Below are positions 36,900 to 48,800 of a DNA stretch of 64,000 bases, piece after piece. The stretch spans positions 39,568,919 through 39,632,918 of the forward strand of contig NC_068982.1 in assembly GCF_001194135.2 (NCBI RefSeq), read 5' to 3'. Under the pieces are notes generated by a model. It did not search any database. It saw nothing but the letters and a program-made list of their open reading frames with translations, and was not told the DNA's origin. The translations under genes were made by a program, and so were the position numbers. The DNA comes from Octopus bimaculoides (taxonomy: Eukaryota). Each line of letters begins with the position of its first letter. The stretch's first letter is position 1.

Positions 36900-37105
36900 A
36901 AAGCGGCGAGCTTGCAGAAACGTTAGCACGCCGGGCAAAATGCTTAGAAGTATTTCGTCTGTCTTTACGCTCTGAGTTCAAATTGTACCAAAGTCGACTC
37001 TGCTTTCGGGGTCGATAAACTAAGTACCACTTGCGTACTGGTGTCGATCTAATCGACTGCCCCCCACCAAAAAAATTTCAAACCTTGTACCTATATTAGA
37101 AAAGA
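36900..37105 (+). mobile_element. SINE family A in sense orientation
   Basis: GCGGCGAGCTTGCAGAAACGTTAG (A-box-like) ... CTGAGTTCAAATT (B-box-like) ... TTTCGGGGTCGATAAACTAAGTACCA ... TTAGAAAAGAA. Confidence 0.93.
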
Positions 37106-37624
37106 AGACTTCCTTCTTACCGAGGTACAGTAAATTGATATTAAGCATAGTAATAAATTGAATTTAAAGTTAATGATAATTATAATAAAATGTTTCATTA
37201 CTGCATTTTCTTCCAACTGTTTTCGCACATTGCTCAAGGTTAAACTTTATGTTTATATGTTGAATGAAATGGCATATTAGATCAAGTATCTTCGTGGGAT
37301 TTTGCTGACAGCGGCCATATAATTACAAGTAATCTATATATACACAGATTGGCTAATTATTTTACTGGCGCCTTGAGCCTAGTCTTAAATTCTGTTGAGT
37401 AGTTTGTAAGTTATATCAGACCAGGAGCTTGAGAAAGAGTTGGGGAAAAAAAATTATTTTGAACCACACACATACATGTACACACACACACACGCACACA
37501 CATACACACACATACACACATACATATCTAATATCATCTGGTAATAACCGCGTAACGTCCTTTACTGTTATCAGTTACCATACGCCATCATAAGGCAGAA
37601 TTACTGCTGTTACTGGATATATGT

Positions 37625-37803
37625 TCTTTTATACCTTTACTTGTTTCAATCATTTGAATGCAGCCATGCTTGAACACTACCTTTAGTCGAACAAATCGAC
37701 CCCAAGACTGGATTTATTCTTTGCAACCCTAGTACTTATTCTGCCGCTCTCTTTTCCGACATAAACACACCAGCATCAGTTTTCAAGCGATGGCAGGGGG
37801 ACA

Positions 37804-37858
<55 letters not shown>

Positions 37859-37896
37859 NNNNNNNNNNNNNNNNNNNNNNNNNNNNNNNNNNNNNN

Positions 37897-37939
<43 letters not shown>

Positions 37940-38263
37940 GTAGAAATTTACAGAAAAAAAAGACAGGTGTATTAGTTTGACGCTCGCGAAAGTGAGAAAG
38001 TCTTTTACGTTTTGAGCCTACGCTCTTCAATAGAAAGGAGCACTAGGAAATAAACAGAGAGAAAATTCTTTAAAACTTGTGGATTTAGTGGTATATACAC
38101 GACGGGCTTCTTTCAGTTTCCGCCTACTAAATCCACTCAGAAAGCCTTGGTCGGCATGAGGCTATAATAGAAGACACTTGCCCAAGGTGATACGCAGTGG
38201 GGCTGAACCCGGAATCATGTGGTTGGGAAGCAAGCTTCTTACCACACAGCCACTCCTGCGCCT
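37625..38263 (-). mobile_element. SINE family B, near full length, with an insert in its central microsatellite
   Basis: Head (reverse complement) AGGCGCAGGAGTGGCTGTGTGGTAAG...CCGGGTTCAGCCCC...ACCTTGGGCAAGTGTCTTC. Foreign segment at 37938-38092. Confidence 0.92.
37938..38092 (-). mobile_element. Penelope-type terminal-repeat relic with degenerate minimal hammerhead core (38002-38037)
   Basis: Minus strand: CUUU-CUAUUGA-A-GAGC(GUAG)GCUC-AAAACGUA-AAAG. Flank homologous to 48580-48800. Confidence 0.55.
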
Positions 38264-40329
38264 TTGTGGAATTCCGTTAGCACATGTAGAATTTATATCA
38301 AAATTTATAAAACACGAAGGTGGAATGAACAGACTTTAATCATAAAATATAAAATGATGGGGAAGTGAACATGGTCCAGTAGTATAATCAAAACCACTCA
38401 CGTGATGACGTGCCAGTACACAGCTACGGCTGCATCGTATTTATGTAATTACTTATAAAATATTTTATGTAATAATATAATATGGGAAACTCAGTAACTA
38501 ACAGCCGTTACCATTGCACAGAAACAATTGTTGAGATTTGTGATTAAAGCCTGTTAATTCCATCTTCTTGTTACTAAAATAGTTAAGCATATGGATATGT
38601 TATTGAGTAAAGAATTCCACATAGAGCTAGGTATTCCATCATTTGGAGAGAGAAAAATAAGTGTGTGTGTGTGTGTGTGTTAAGAGTGAAGACAACTCAG
38701 TAGCCGCAGAAGCACTATCTCAGTGACTGGCAAGGGAGACAAGCTCCCTACGGTCACGGATATAGCCTGATTATCGATGATTTCGCATTTTGATGCTAAA
38801 CGTAACTTAATGTTCATCAGTGGCTCTCAACGCGCTGAGGGTTAAACTCATCTCACTTTGTCAGCTTATAAGATTTCTGTTGAAATCATACGCTGATTTC
38901 ATAAACGGTGAAAGCGTAAATTATAAATAATAGGGGTGGATAATTCGGAATTTTACAAGCTAAAGGCAGAAATGTATACGTCACTAAAGTGAAGAATTCA
39001 GTGTTAAGTTCTGTTGTGTATTTCGTTCGTGGATTTGGATTTAGATATGGATTTGGTTTCTCTTGTGAAGTTATATAACTAACCAACGAGTATTAAAGAG
39101 ATTTAATCATCGTGAGAAAAATGTTTTTCATTTTTATTTTTATGCTCAGCTCAGGATTTCGTTCAGTTCAAAATTAATAGATTTGATTAGTTGTAATGTG
39201 GAGAATGAATTAAATTTGTAAATATTAAATACAAACTGAAAATTACAAATCCAATTGTTCCAGGCTTCTTGTCTCTGATGGTATCTATTGTCTCAGAACG
39301 AAAAGTGTTGCCTCAAATCCGGTACAGAACTATTTCAAAGTTAATTGGCACAATACTGGTCAAAAAGTGATAGGTTGTTTTCTTTACTTCTGCTGTGTCA
39401 AAGTTATTATTTAAGAAGTTAATCAGTAATCGTCTCGCTGTTTGATTAACTTGCTTCCGTTTTGAAGTTTATTATATTTCGTCACGGATTTCCTTAGTTT
39501 TTATTTATTTATTTACTTATTTATTTATTAACTCTCATACTAGTAATGTTACTAGTTTGAGTTTGCCGTTAAATAACCTGACACAAAGGAAGCGATGACA
39601 AGGTTAATTTGTTCTTCTCAACATGTTTCGTGTCTTGAGAAAGAGTAATAAGTTGAATATGTTAAAAACTACAGAAAAATAATTATGAAAAACTGAAAAT
39701 GTTCACTAATGATATCGTTATTACCTTCTATCGACTTTTCTAAGGTAGCAGACATAAATCTATTGAGTATTCTTTACTCTCCGTTTTACTTCGGTTTTAT
39801 AATGAAGTTAATTAGAATTGCAATTTATCATAAGAGTTTTGTTTAATTTTCTTTTCTGCCTTAGTTTTATTTTTTGTTTTGTCACATCTATATTTACATT
39901 TAGTTTCGTTTTCCTCTAATTTTAATGAGAACCTGTCAAGATTTTTTTTCTTAAATTTTAAATTATATGGTAGTAACAAATGATGTCTCCCTTTTCGAGT
40001 ATTGCTGTTGACTAACATAGTGGATATGCTTGGAGGACAAGGATTTCAAGTGCGTCCATTATATTTACAGACAATCCCATTATCTTCAACCATGAGCTAA
40101 TCAACATCCCATGTACCACGTGGAGAAGTCGGCCAAACGATAGACAAACATAGATGGATAGCTTGCTAGATAGATAGATGGAGAGAGAGAGAGAGAGATA
40201 GAGAGAGAGAGGGAGAAAGAGAGGGAGAGAGAGGAGGGCGGAGAAAAAGAAAGAGAAACAAAAGTGCTGACATCCAGCTTATATGCTGAAAGATGGATGA
40301 GAGTGACAAGTTTAGTAGTGCTGAATTCT

Positions 40330-41750
40330 CAATAGGCAACTTAATGCTTAAAGTAGGTTAAAGGAAGGCAGATGCTGGTATTGAGAGTAGACAAGAACTG
40401 GTAGGTTCCGGTCAATTGTCTTCTTCACGCATCAGTGAAGATCACCCTGAAGATTATTGGGAAATATGCTCCAACAAATACTAAGACGATGAAGTGGAAG
40501 AATTCCACCAAAAGCTATGCGAAGCGTTAGCTCCCAAAGTTTGTGAAAGAACGGCAAGGAGAGATATATGTTGGAAAGTTTCGATCAGGAGAGAGAAATG
40601 AAAGAAGAGTACGTTTGGTTACCATGGGGGAGGGATGAATACTACATTGGGAACAGCCTATTCAGGAAGTAATCTAGAAACTGATGAACTTGGGTGCCAG
40701 ATACGTTCAAAATGAAAATATCTACATCCTAGAAAACAAACAGCGCATAATGCATAACGTCTCGGTGAGCACCTAGAATGATAATCACTTGCTACAGGTG
40801 GAGATCGTTATCAACAAAATCATATAGATGAAAGGTTTGCACATCTCAATGAATAATCAATGCGTCTAACCTTGGATATGACGCGGTTGCAGGATGCTAA
40901 AGAGAGGGCAGTTTAGTGTCAACTTGAAGAGGTTGATGAAGACTAAAATTCATTGGTGCAGAAAATTAAAAGCTGTATGTGAAAGGTGAGAATTGCAAGC
41001 GAGCAGGAACCTGACGTAATTATCTCAAAGGAGACGAAGAGAATGCTAAGAAAAAAGAGAACTATAAAAAGGAACATGAAAGATCGCCTCGAGTATTCCT
41101 TTCTCCACAAAGTGATTACACATCTAGGAAATGACTTCGAGAAATATAGACTGAAGAAGCTGATGCAGGATGCAGAAGAAAGGAAATGTGTAAAACAGTG
41201 TAGGAAAGAGCAGGCACTCTTTAGGGCAGAGCGGAGGACACTTAATAACAATGACTGGCTCACAGTGACGAAGGGGAAATGAAGCGACATGTAAAACTTT
41301 CTATATCAATCATTTTAAATCATCAGTGAAGATCAATCATCCAAATATTTGGAAGAAGTTCCTCCTATTTTGTTCAGATAAGTTGAAGATATCCTCAGGC
41401 TGATGAAAGCAGTAAAAGCTCCGAAAGAAGATGACAAAACAACAGAAATGTTAAGATGCAGAGGTGAAAAGTTGTGAAAATCCCTCATCATACACTTCAA
41501 TAGCTATATTTAGGCGGGTAAATTACCCACGCTGTGGAAAGAGTCGAACACCAATTTTCTTTATAAGATGGGTGATAAAGAAGATTTAAGAAACTATCGA
41601 CTCATAAGCCTCTTGTCTCACCTTGGTTAGCTGTATACACCAGACTATTGAAATATGTCCATGACAATCGACCGAGGGAGCTAGCGGATTTCCATAAGAA
41701 TTACAGCCCGATGGATCACATATCCTCTCCATCATAGCGTATTTATAATG
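40330..41750 (+). mobile_element. RTE-clade LINE remnant (APE endonuclease, linker, start of RT)
   Basis: LKIIGKYAPTN..DEVEEFHQKL; GNSLFRK; SKETKRMLRKKR; KAPKEDD.TTEML...WKES...YKMGDKEDLRNYRLISLLSHL...MDHI. Confidence 0.88.
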
Positions 41751-41757
41751 TTGGGTG

Positions 41758-42160
41758 ATGACTGAAAGAGTAGGGGTGCGAACACAAGCGGCCAGAATGA
41801 ATTTCCACTGAAAGGTCTCCTGAGTAATGTTAATCAACAAGATGTGTAGCTCGAAGATCAAGGAGTACCACTCCCGCCAGATAGAGCCTCTACTTCTCAG
41901 CATTGAGGGGTAACAGCTTCGGTACTACAGACATGTGATTAGAATACCGCAGGTAAAAAGTATCGCCAAGTCCGATTTTTCAAGCCGAGCCAACTGACAG
42001 AAGAGCTAAGCATTAACCAAGAACGAGATGGTTGGATATCCATAGTCTCAGTTCGTCACGCTTGGAAATTCATCCAGAAAGTCTCAAAATGGTTGCTTCT
42101 AATGAGAACCATCCTCCTATGGAGGAGATGCTTGAGGACTCTACTCTCACGAACTTCTTA
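41758..42160 (+). mobile_element. RTE-type LINE C-terminal/3' fragment
   Basis: RTQAARMNF...IEPLLLSIE..QLRYYRHVIRIPQ...PRTRWLDI, typical of post-RT RTE sequence. Confidence 0.72.
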
Positions 42161-42984
42161 CGAATAGTGGGCGGAGACGGATGGATTTTTCTGCATAACT
42201 TTATTTGATTTTGTAAATGAACAACTAAGTATGTTTGTTTTACTGGCCTACCAATAAATAGAGTGAGTGTCTTTGGCCTAGGTGCCGGGAAAACATTCTC
42301 GAAGTAATGATAACTAAACTGAAGGAAGAAAAATAAATAATAACAGAAGGAGGAGGAGGGGGGTTGTGACATGTACCGTAATTCCGGAAGTGAGGAATAC
42401 TACAAAAGTTGCTGATATCAACAAGAATTTTCTGTATCGTGAAGATCACAGAAAAATATACATATAAATTCTGTACCAGGAGGTCCTAATAATTATTACA
42501 GATCCGACAGTTGCCATTTTCTAGAAAGCACTTAAGATTTCCTTACAGACAATCTGTCAACATTATCACTGACATAGTGGTCTAGAATTCCAATTGTACT
42601 ATCTACACATGGGTTGATGAATTAATTCTATCGCTATATTTATTCGCTTTGCATTTCACTTCTGTGCAACATTTTCTCTCTTTGTTATTGAGAAGTAGGT
42701 TACGAATAAACTATTGTCATTTTTCAAATAGAAAAAGGTCAGGCGTACATTTTCTTTACTATTTGTCTATCTAGGTTTCAAATATGGACGTCTATATGAG
42801 TTGTTACAGACTTGCTTCTCGAAGGAGTAAAAGTAAGTGAAATATATGCAGTGTAAGTTTACTATGTTGATTCATCTCTAATTATATCTCACAGAACATA
42901 GAGTAGGACACCCTAATTCAATATGTTACACTGTTTCAGAAAATACACCACAAAGATGATATCTATTTCACAGTAATTTATCGT

Positions 42985-43190
42985 TTATCTCTTCCTGTTT
43001 TTCAGTCGATGGATACTGGCCATGCGACAGTGCCACCTTGAAGTCTTTAGTCCAACAAATCGATCAAAGTACTTATATTTAAGCCTGACATTTACTCTAA
43101 CTCTTTTGACTAAAAGCTAGCTTATGGGAACGTGAAAAAGTTTCACCGGTTGTCAAGGGTGTAGGGTACAAGCACAAACATAATGACACA
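42985..43190 (-). mobile_element. SINE family B 3' half, decayed
   Basis: TTTCAGTC...GGCCATGC...TTTAGTCCAACAAATCGA...CCGGTTGTCAAG. Confidence 0.72.
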
Positions 43191-43191
43191 C

Positions 43192-43224
<33 letters not shown>

Positions 43225-43233
43225 ACACAAACT

Positions 43234-43305
<72 letters not shown>

Positions 43306-43615
43306 NNNNNNNNNNNNNNNNNNNNNNNNNNNNNNNNNNNNNNNNNNNNNNNNNNNNNNNNNNNNNNNNNNNNNNNNNNNNNNNNNNNNNNNNNNNNNNN
43401 NNNNNNNNNNNNNNAATGGTACAACAAGGTACCGATATTTACTGGACAATAGCAATCGATATAAAAACGACGCTATTATATAGCTTCACTGCGTATATAC
43501 TGGCAAAAATGCGTGTGTGCAACAAAACATGAAAAACTTGTCTTACCTTAGGAAGAACATCCGAAAATGAACAACCCAGATTAAGGATAATGCAGTACCT
43601 AGGTTTCAGACTTTT

Positions 43616-43660
43616 CAAATACGTTTCACAACGTAAATCTGATTAGTCCTCATCAGCTGC
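43616..43660 (-). ncRNA. Hammerhead ribozyme-like motif of the Penelope type, both core boxes intact
   Basis: Minus strand: GCAG-CUGAUGA-GGACUAAUCAGAUUUACGUUGU-GAAACGUA-UUUG. Imperfect stem II, weak stem I. Confidence 0.5.
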
Positions 43661-43704
43661 ATTCACCTAGACAACATTTCAAATGTTGCCACATCAATGC
43701 CAAG

Positions 43705-44069
43705 TATATTTGACTGCAGCTATGGTAGAGCACCAAATTTAGTCGAAGAAAATGACCCCAGGACTTATTCTTTGTAAACCTAGTACTTACTCTATCGATC
43801 TCTTTTGCTGAAACGCTAGTTTAAGAGACGTACACATACCAGCATTGGTTGTCAACCGATGGCAGGGGGACAAAAACACACACACACACACATATGCACA
43901 CATACACCCAATGGGTTTATTTCCGTTTCCGTTTGGCAAATCCACTCACGCTTTGGTCAACCCGAGGCTATAGTAGAAAACATTTGCCCAAGGTGCCATG
44001 CAGTGAGACTGAACCCGGAACCATGTGGTTGGGAAGCAAGCTTCTTACCAGACAGCCACGTCTGCGCCT
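43705..44069 (-). mobile_element. SINE family B, short central microsatellite
   Basis: Continuous match to the consensus from TTTGACTGCAGC to CTGCGCCT. Confidence 0.93.
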
Positions 44070-44769
44070 ATATACATACATACATATATATATATATACA
44101 TGTATATATATNNNNNNNNNNNNNNNNNNNNNNNNNNNNNNNNNNNNNNNNNNNNNNNNNNNNNNNNNNNNNNNNNNNNNNNNNNNNNNNNNNNNNNNNN
44201 NNNNNNNNNNNNNNNNNNNNNNNNNNNNNNNNNNNNNNNNNNNNNNNNNNNNNNNNNNNNNNNNNNNNNNNNNNNNNNNNNNNNNNNNNNNNNNNNNNNN
44301 NNNNNNNNNNNNNNNNNNNNNNNNNNNNNNNNNNNNNNNNNNNNNNNNNNNNNNNNNNNNNNNNNNNNNNNNNNNNNNNNNNNNNNNNNNNNNNNNNNNN
44401 NNNNNNNNNNNNNNNNNNNNNNNNNNNNNNNNNNNNNNNNNNNNNNNNNNNNNNNNNNNNNNNNNNNNNNNNNNNNNNNNNNNNATATATATATATATAT
44501 ACACAATATTAAATCTCTGAGCGAAAAGTAAACAGTAAAGTACGGAATCGTAAAATATAATTGCCAACTAAATGTGGCTACTATTATTTTTAGCCCCAGG
44601 AAGACATCTCCTCCAGCTATCTATTGACACACTGTCTGTGTCCGATTAGTATTTGCGAAGTGAAGTCATCGCTCCCATCTCTAACCTTACGTGATACACA
44701 TAGACCCGGGTTTCTGGATAGTAAGCTGCCATCAGTGTGTGATAATTACTATCTCGGATTGTATTGACT

Positions 44770-45250
44770 TCACTTTTACTCATTTAATTGACCCCGAAAG
44801 GATGAAAAGCAAAGTCGACCTCGGTGAGAGTTGAACTCTGAACGTAAAAACAGACGAACTACCACTAAGCGTTTTGCCCGACGTGCTAACGATTGTGCTA
44901 GATCGCTGCCTTTTATATTCCTTTCTACTATAGGTACAAGGCCTGAAATTTCAGGGCAGGGGCTAAGTGGATTACATCGACACCACTGCTCAACTGGTAG
45001 TTCTTTTATGGAGACCGAAAAGCTGAAAGGTAAAGTTAACCTCGGTGGAGATTGAACTCAGAACGTAAAGACGGACAAATTGCCGCTGAGCATTTAACGC
45101 GGCATACTAATGATTCTACCAGCGCGCCGACTGTAATACTAATAAAAGTTTCTAATATAAGTACAAGAGTAGCAATTTTGAGGGTAGGTATTAAGTCGAC
45201 ATCATTGGGCCCAGTACTTCACTGATACGTTTTTATTATCGGCCTCGAAA
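44770..45250 (-). mobile_element. Three tandem SINE family A copies (44770-44911, 44915-45131, 45145-45250)
   Basis: Each repeats parts of the SINE-A consensus in the minus orientation. Confidence 0.88.
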
Positions 45251-45289
45251 ATACTGGCCTTGTGCCGAAATTTGAACCAATATTATAAT

Positions 45290-45670
45290 AAGCAGTAAGC
45301 TGATAGAATTCGTTAGTGTCTGGGTCTTTACGTTCTAATTCAAATTTCGTCGTAATCAACTTTAACTTACGTCCCTCTGGAATCGCTAAAATAAAGTCGG
45401 AGTGAAACGCTGGGATTGATGTAATAGACTAGCCTCTTCCTCCCCCAAATTGCATGCTTTGTGCCTATATGAGAAACAATAAGGCAGCAAGCTGGCAAAA
45501 TCGTTACCTCACCGGAGTAAATGCTTAGCAGGATTTTGTTGGACAACTTTACCTTTCGTCCTTTCAGGGCCGATAAAATAGGTACAATTTCAGCCCTGGA
45601 ATCAATGTTACCGTTTCTCTTCTTCCCTCAAAATTGCTGACCTTGTGAACAAATTAGAAAGAATTATTAT
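45290..45670 (+). mobile_element. Two tandem decayed SINE family A copies (45290-45478, 45481-45670)
   Basis: Heads AAGCAGTAAGCTGATAGAAT and AAGGCAGCAAGCTGGCAAAATCGTTA; tails ...CTTTGTGCCTATATGAGAAAC and ...CCTTGTGAACAAATTAGAAAG. Confidence 0.8.
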
Positions 45671-46249
45671 TTAACATAATTTTTTTTTAAATTGTAATTG
45701 CTGTTATTATTTTTGTTTCCTGACCTGACAAGTTATGTTTTAGCAAATTCTGACGTTTTGAGTTGTTACTAAATGAAAGCTGTTTCGATATTTCACAAGA
45801 GAATCTGATTAGAAACACCCAGAGGTATTCTTATACAATCTTCTTGAAGTTTTGTAGACATCTTATTTATGTTCCTTCTTGGAATACACTTAGAAAATGG
45901 CGTCTGCAACAAAAACAACAATAAACAAGAAGGTACCACTACTACCATCACTGACACTAAAAATGATTACAATACATTTGACGAATAGAACAAGAGGAAA
46001 ATTAAAAATACTAAATTCACAAACACGTCGAGTTCAATATACGAAAACAAAACAATACGTAAATACTGACAGTATCAGCCACATTTTGTGATTAATTCTG
46101 TTAGTAACAACATCAACAACAAAAATACAACGAGTTTCCTACAAACACACAGCGGGTGAAAATATAAAGAGATATACTTCATGAAAATAAGCTGTGTTGT
46201 TAAAGCTACAAGAAAAAAGAATCTGGTATATGACCAAACTTACGCGAAA

Positions 46250-46880
46250 ACGACCAATCTGACAAAAATACAGTGAATCGCAATGTTTTTCCTTGTCTAA
46301 AAAGCATATCTAAGATTTGAAGAAGAGAGCAGCTGCTTCAATCGAATTCAAACAAAATGGCAAGGTCTCCATCGCTCGCAAGACAGCAAATGGAATAGAC
46401 TCTTTTCGGCGGATGAAAAAATATACTCGCTACCCAAAGGAGTCTGTGAGACATTTTACCGGGTCTTTATAAACAGGACATAGTAAGGAAATATATTGAA
46501 ATTCTGAAAGCCTTTCTTGCTCTCTTATTTGTCTTAATGGCCTCTGAAAACCTCAGAACCATATCGGAGTTTTAAGATATAAATGAAAAGCATGGTAATA
46601 TTGCTGCTGGGTAAAAAAAAAAAAAGAGTTGTTAAGGTTGTCCTGATAAGCTAGAGATGTATAGCAGAAAGGAGATCAGAAAACCCCGGTACCCAGACAG
46701 TTATCGACCTGTGGGCACTTTCTGGTTCGCTCCAATGCCTGAACGTCTCAAGGACTGTTTTGGCATGATAGAGTTTTGGTATCTGAAAAGTGTTAGGGTA
46801 TTATGAAAATAATCAGTGCCCTGGAGGTGCTTTGACCTAACTAGCTAGAGTTTCTCACCGTATATGGGTGAACAGCCCTA
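46250..46880 (+). mobile_element. Possible decayed LINE (L1/Tx1-like) 3' remnant
   Basis: Short open stretch DLKKRAAASIEFKQNG... and an IDLWA motif. Weak. Confidence 0.25.
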
Positions 46881-48384
46881 AATATTTTTCATATAATAAA
46901 CCTTGTTTGAATTATAGCGTATTCTTACATAATTTCATACCTGTTCCATGTCACAAATCAAGTTTTTAACCCATCCACTGTATAGCGTCCTCACCTCTCA
47001 CTCGTTTTTATGTAACTTTGTCTATTACACTTGTATAGTAGTTACCAAATTTCTAACATTTATTGTATTACACGCGAAAGCTCTTTGTAAGCTCTTTTTA
47101 AAGGCATCACCACCGTGATTATCATCATTAATGCTAACAATAGCAGTAGTGGCATATTTCGCAGTTTAATAGAAACTTGTTCTGCGCTTCTATATGCACC
47201 GTCGAGATTTGAGGGGTGTGTGCGGTATTGCATTTTTGGGATTGTAGATTTGTGCTTTTATGCTATATTGCTTTGTTTATATGTGTCTGGTGTTACATCT
47301 GTTTGCTTTGTAACATATGTTTGCTATGAGTTGTTGTTTATCACAGGGTGAACTCTAAGCTGGCTTATCGAAGCCATTCCATGAGAAAATATTCTGTATG
47401 TTTGAGATAGGTGAGTGATTTGAAGGAAAGTTGGTTGTAATTTTAACAGGCTGATCATTGTACCTTCCTTTTTTTATTGAATGGTATCTGTGTTTCGATT
47501 ACGTTGTGTAAATCGTGTAATGTGCTTTGTGCCAAGTAGAGATCGTGTAGAGTATGTGAAATGTGTATTGTGTGGATATTGTTATATATTGTACGACAAT
47601 TACATGAAATGTGTCGAAGAAATTGTTGATGGTTGTTGAGATGTGTTATAATATCGGGCGTCAATTGGTCATTAATTATGAATGTAATATTATGCAATTA
47701 ATCAAATAATTTTAAATTACATGCTAAAAATAGAGTTTATATTTGTTAACAAATTTTTATTGAATTTGAAGTGCGGATATGACGAGATGGTAAAATAAAT
47801 TACTCCATTCTAAATACGTCATAGATCTGACAGTCTAACCCTATCGATTGATATCCTGAATGCAATAATGTGGAACGTAAAGGGTTCGGAGTGAGTGATT
47901 CGAGTTGCATAATTAAAATTTCATCATATTTTAGTTTCGTCAGTAGTTACGGTTGACATAAGCTAGCTACATTTTAAAGCGGTTTGCTACTCAATAAAAA
48001 ACTCATTATCTGTACGGTCAAATTAGATGTGATTTCCATCAAGAATGGAGGCTAAACATTTCATTTCCATCATAGAAAGAATACACTTAACGGATTACAG
48101 GAATCGTTAAAGTGGAGTTTGTGGGAGTCATTACAAGGAGTAGACGCCGAGTTCGATTTTAAGGAAAATTATAGTGCTGAACCTCTACAAGGCTTGAATA
48201 AAACCAAAATTGGTTTGTTACTCACATGCAAGATATTATGTTTCTGCTGAGCGAACACAGAAAGTAGGATGTATCTAAAATATATTAACTCAACTGACTG
48301 GTAATAATTAACTGAGCGGTATATTTTATAGATATTTCTTCTCTGTCGTTTTTGTCATTTTATCTAAATGTTATGTCTTGCTGA

Positions 48385-48417
48385 TGCAGGTAGACAGAAA
48401 GATAGATAGATAGAGAG

Positions 48418-48480
<63 letters not shown>

Positions 48481-48519
48481 GAGAAAGAAAGTGAGAGAGA
48501 GAGAAAGAGAGAGAGAGAG

Positions 48520-48580
<61 letters not shown>
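48385..48580. repeat. Compound (GATA)(GA)n(CA)n(TA)n microsatellite
   Basis: Directly visible. Confidence 0.96.
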
Positions 48581-48583
<3 letters not shown>

Positions 48584-48800
48584 AATTCGAAAACAGAGAA
48601 AAAAAAAAGAAAAAGAAAAAAAGTAAACAAGCACGAGGGCATAGCACAAGCAATGTATTAATATGACGCTTGGTGAAAGAAGAGAGTTGTTGTTTTACGT
48701 TTCAAGCATAGCTCTTCGTTGGAGTCAGGAAAAACAGGTAAGTTCAAAGAGAAAGAAGGAAGAATGAGGAAAAATCGCCAACAACAGTCCATAGCTTACA
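48581..48800 (-). mobile_element. Penelope-type terminal-repeat relic with degenerate hammerhead core (48692-48726)
   Basis: Minus strand: CCAACGA-A-GAGC(UAU)GCUU-GAAACGUA-AAAC. Shares the TGACGCT..GAAAG flank with the 37938-38092 copy. Confidence 0.55.

Noticed and set aside
47347-47410. 64-bp segment with CAG acceptor and GTGAGT donor
   Set aside because: The in-phase reading ends in a stop at the donor, and the context looks like decayed repeat.
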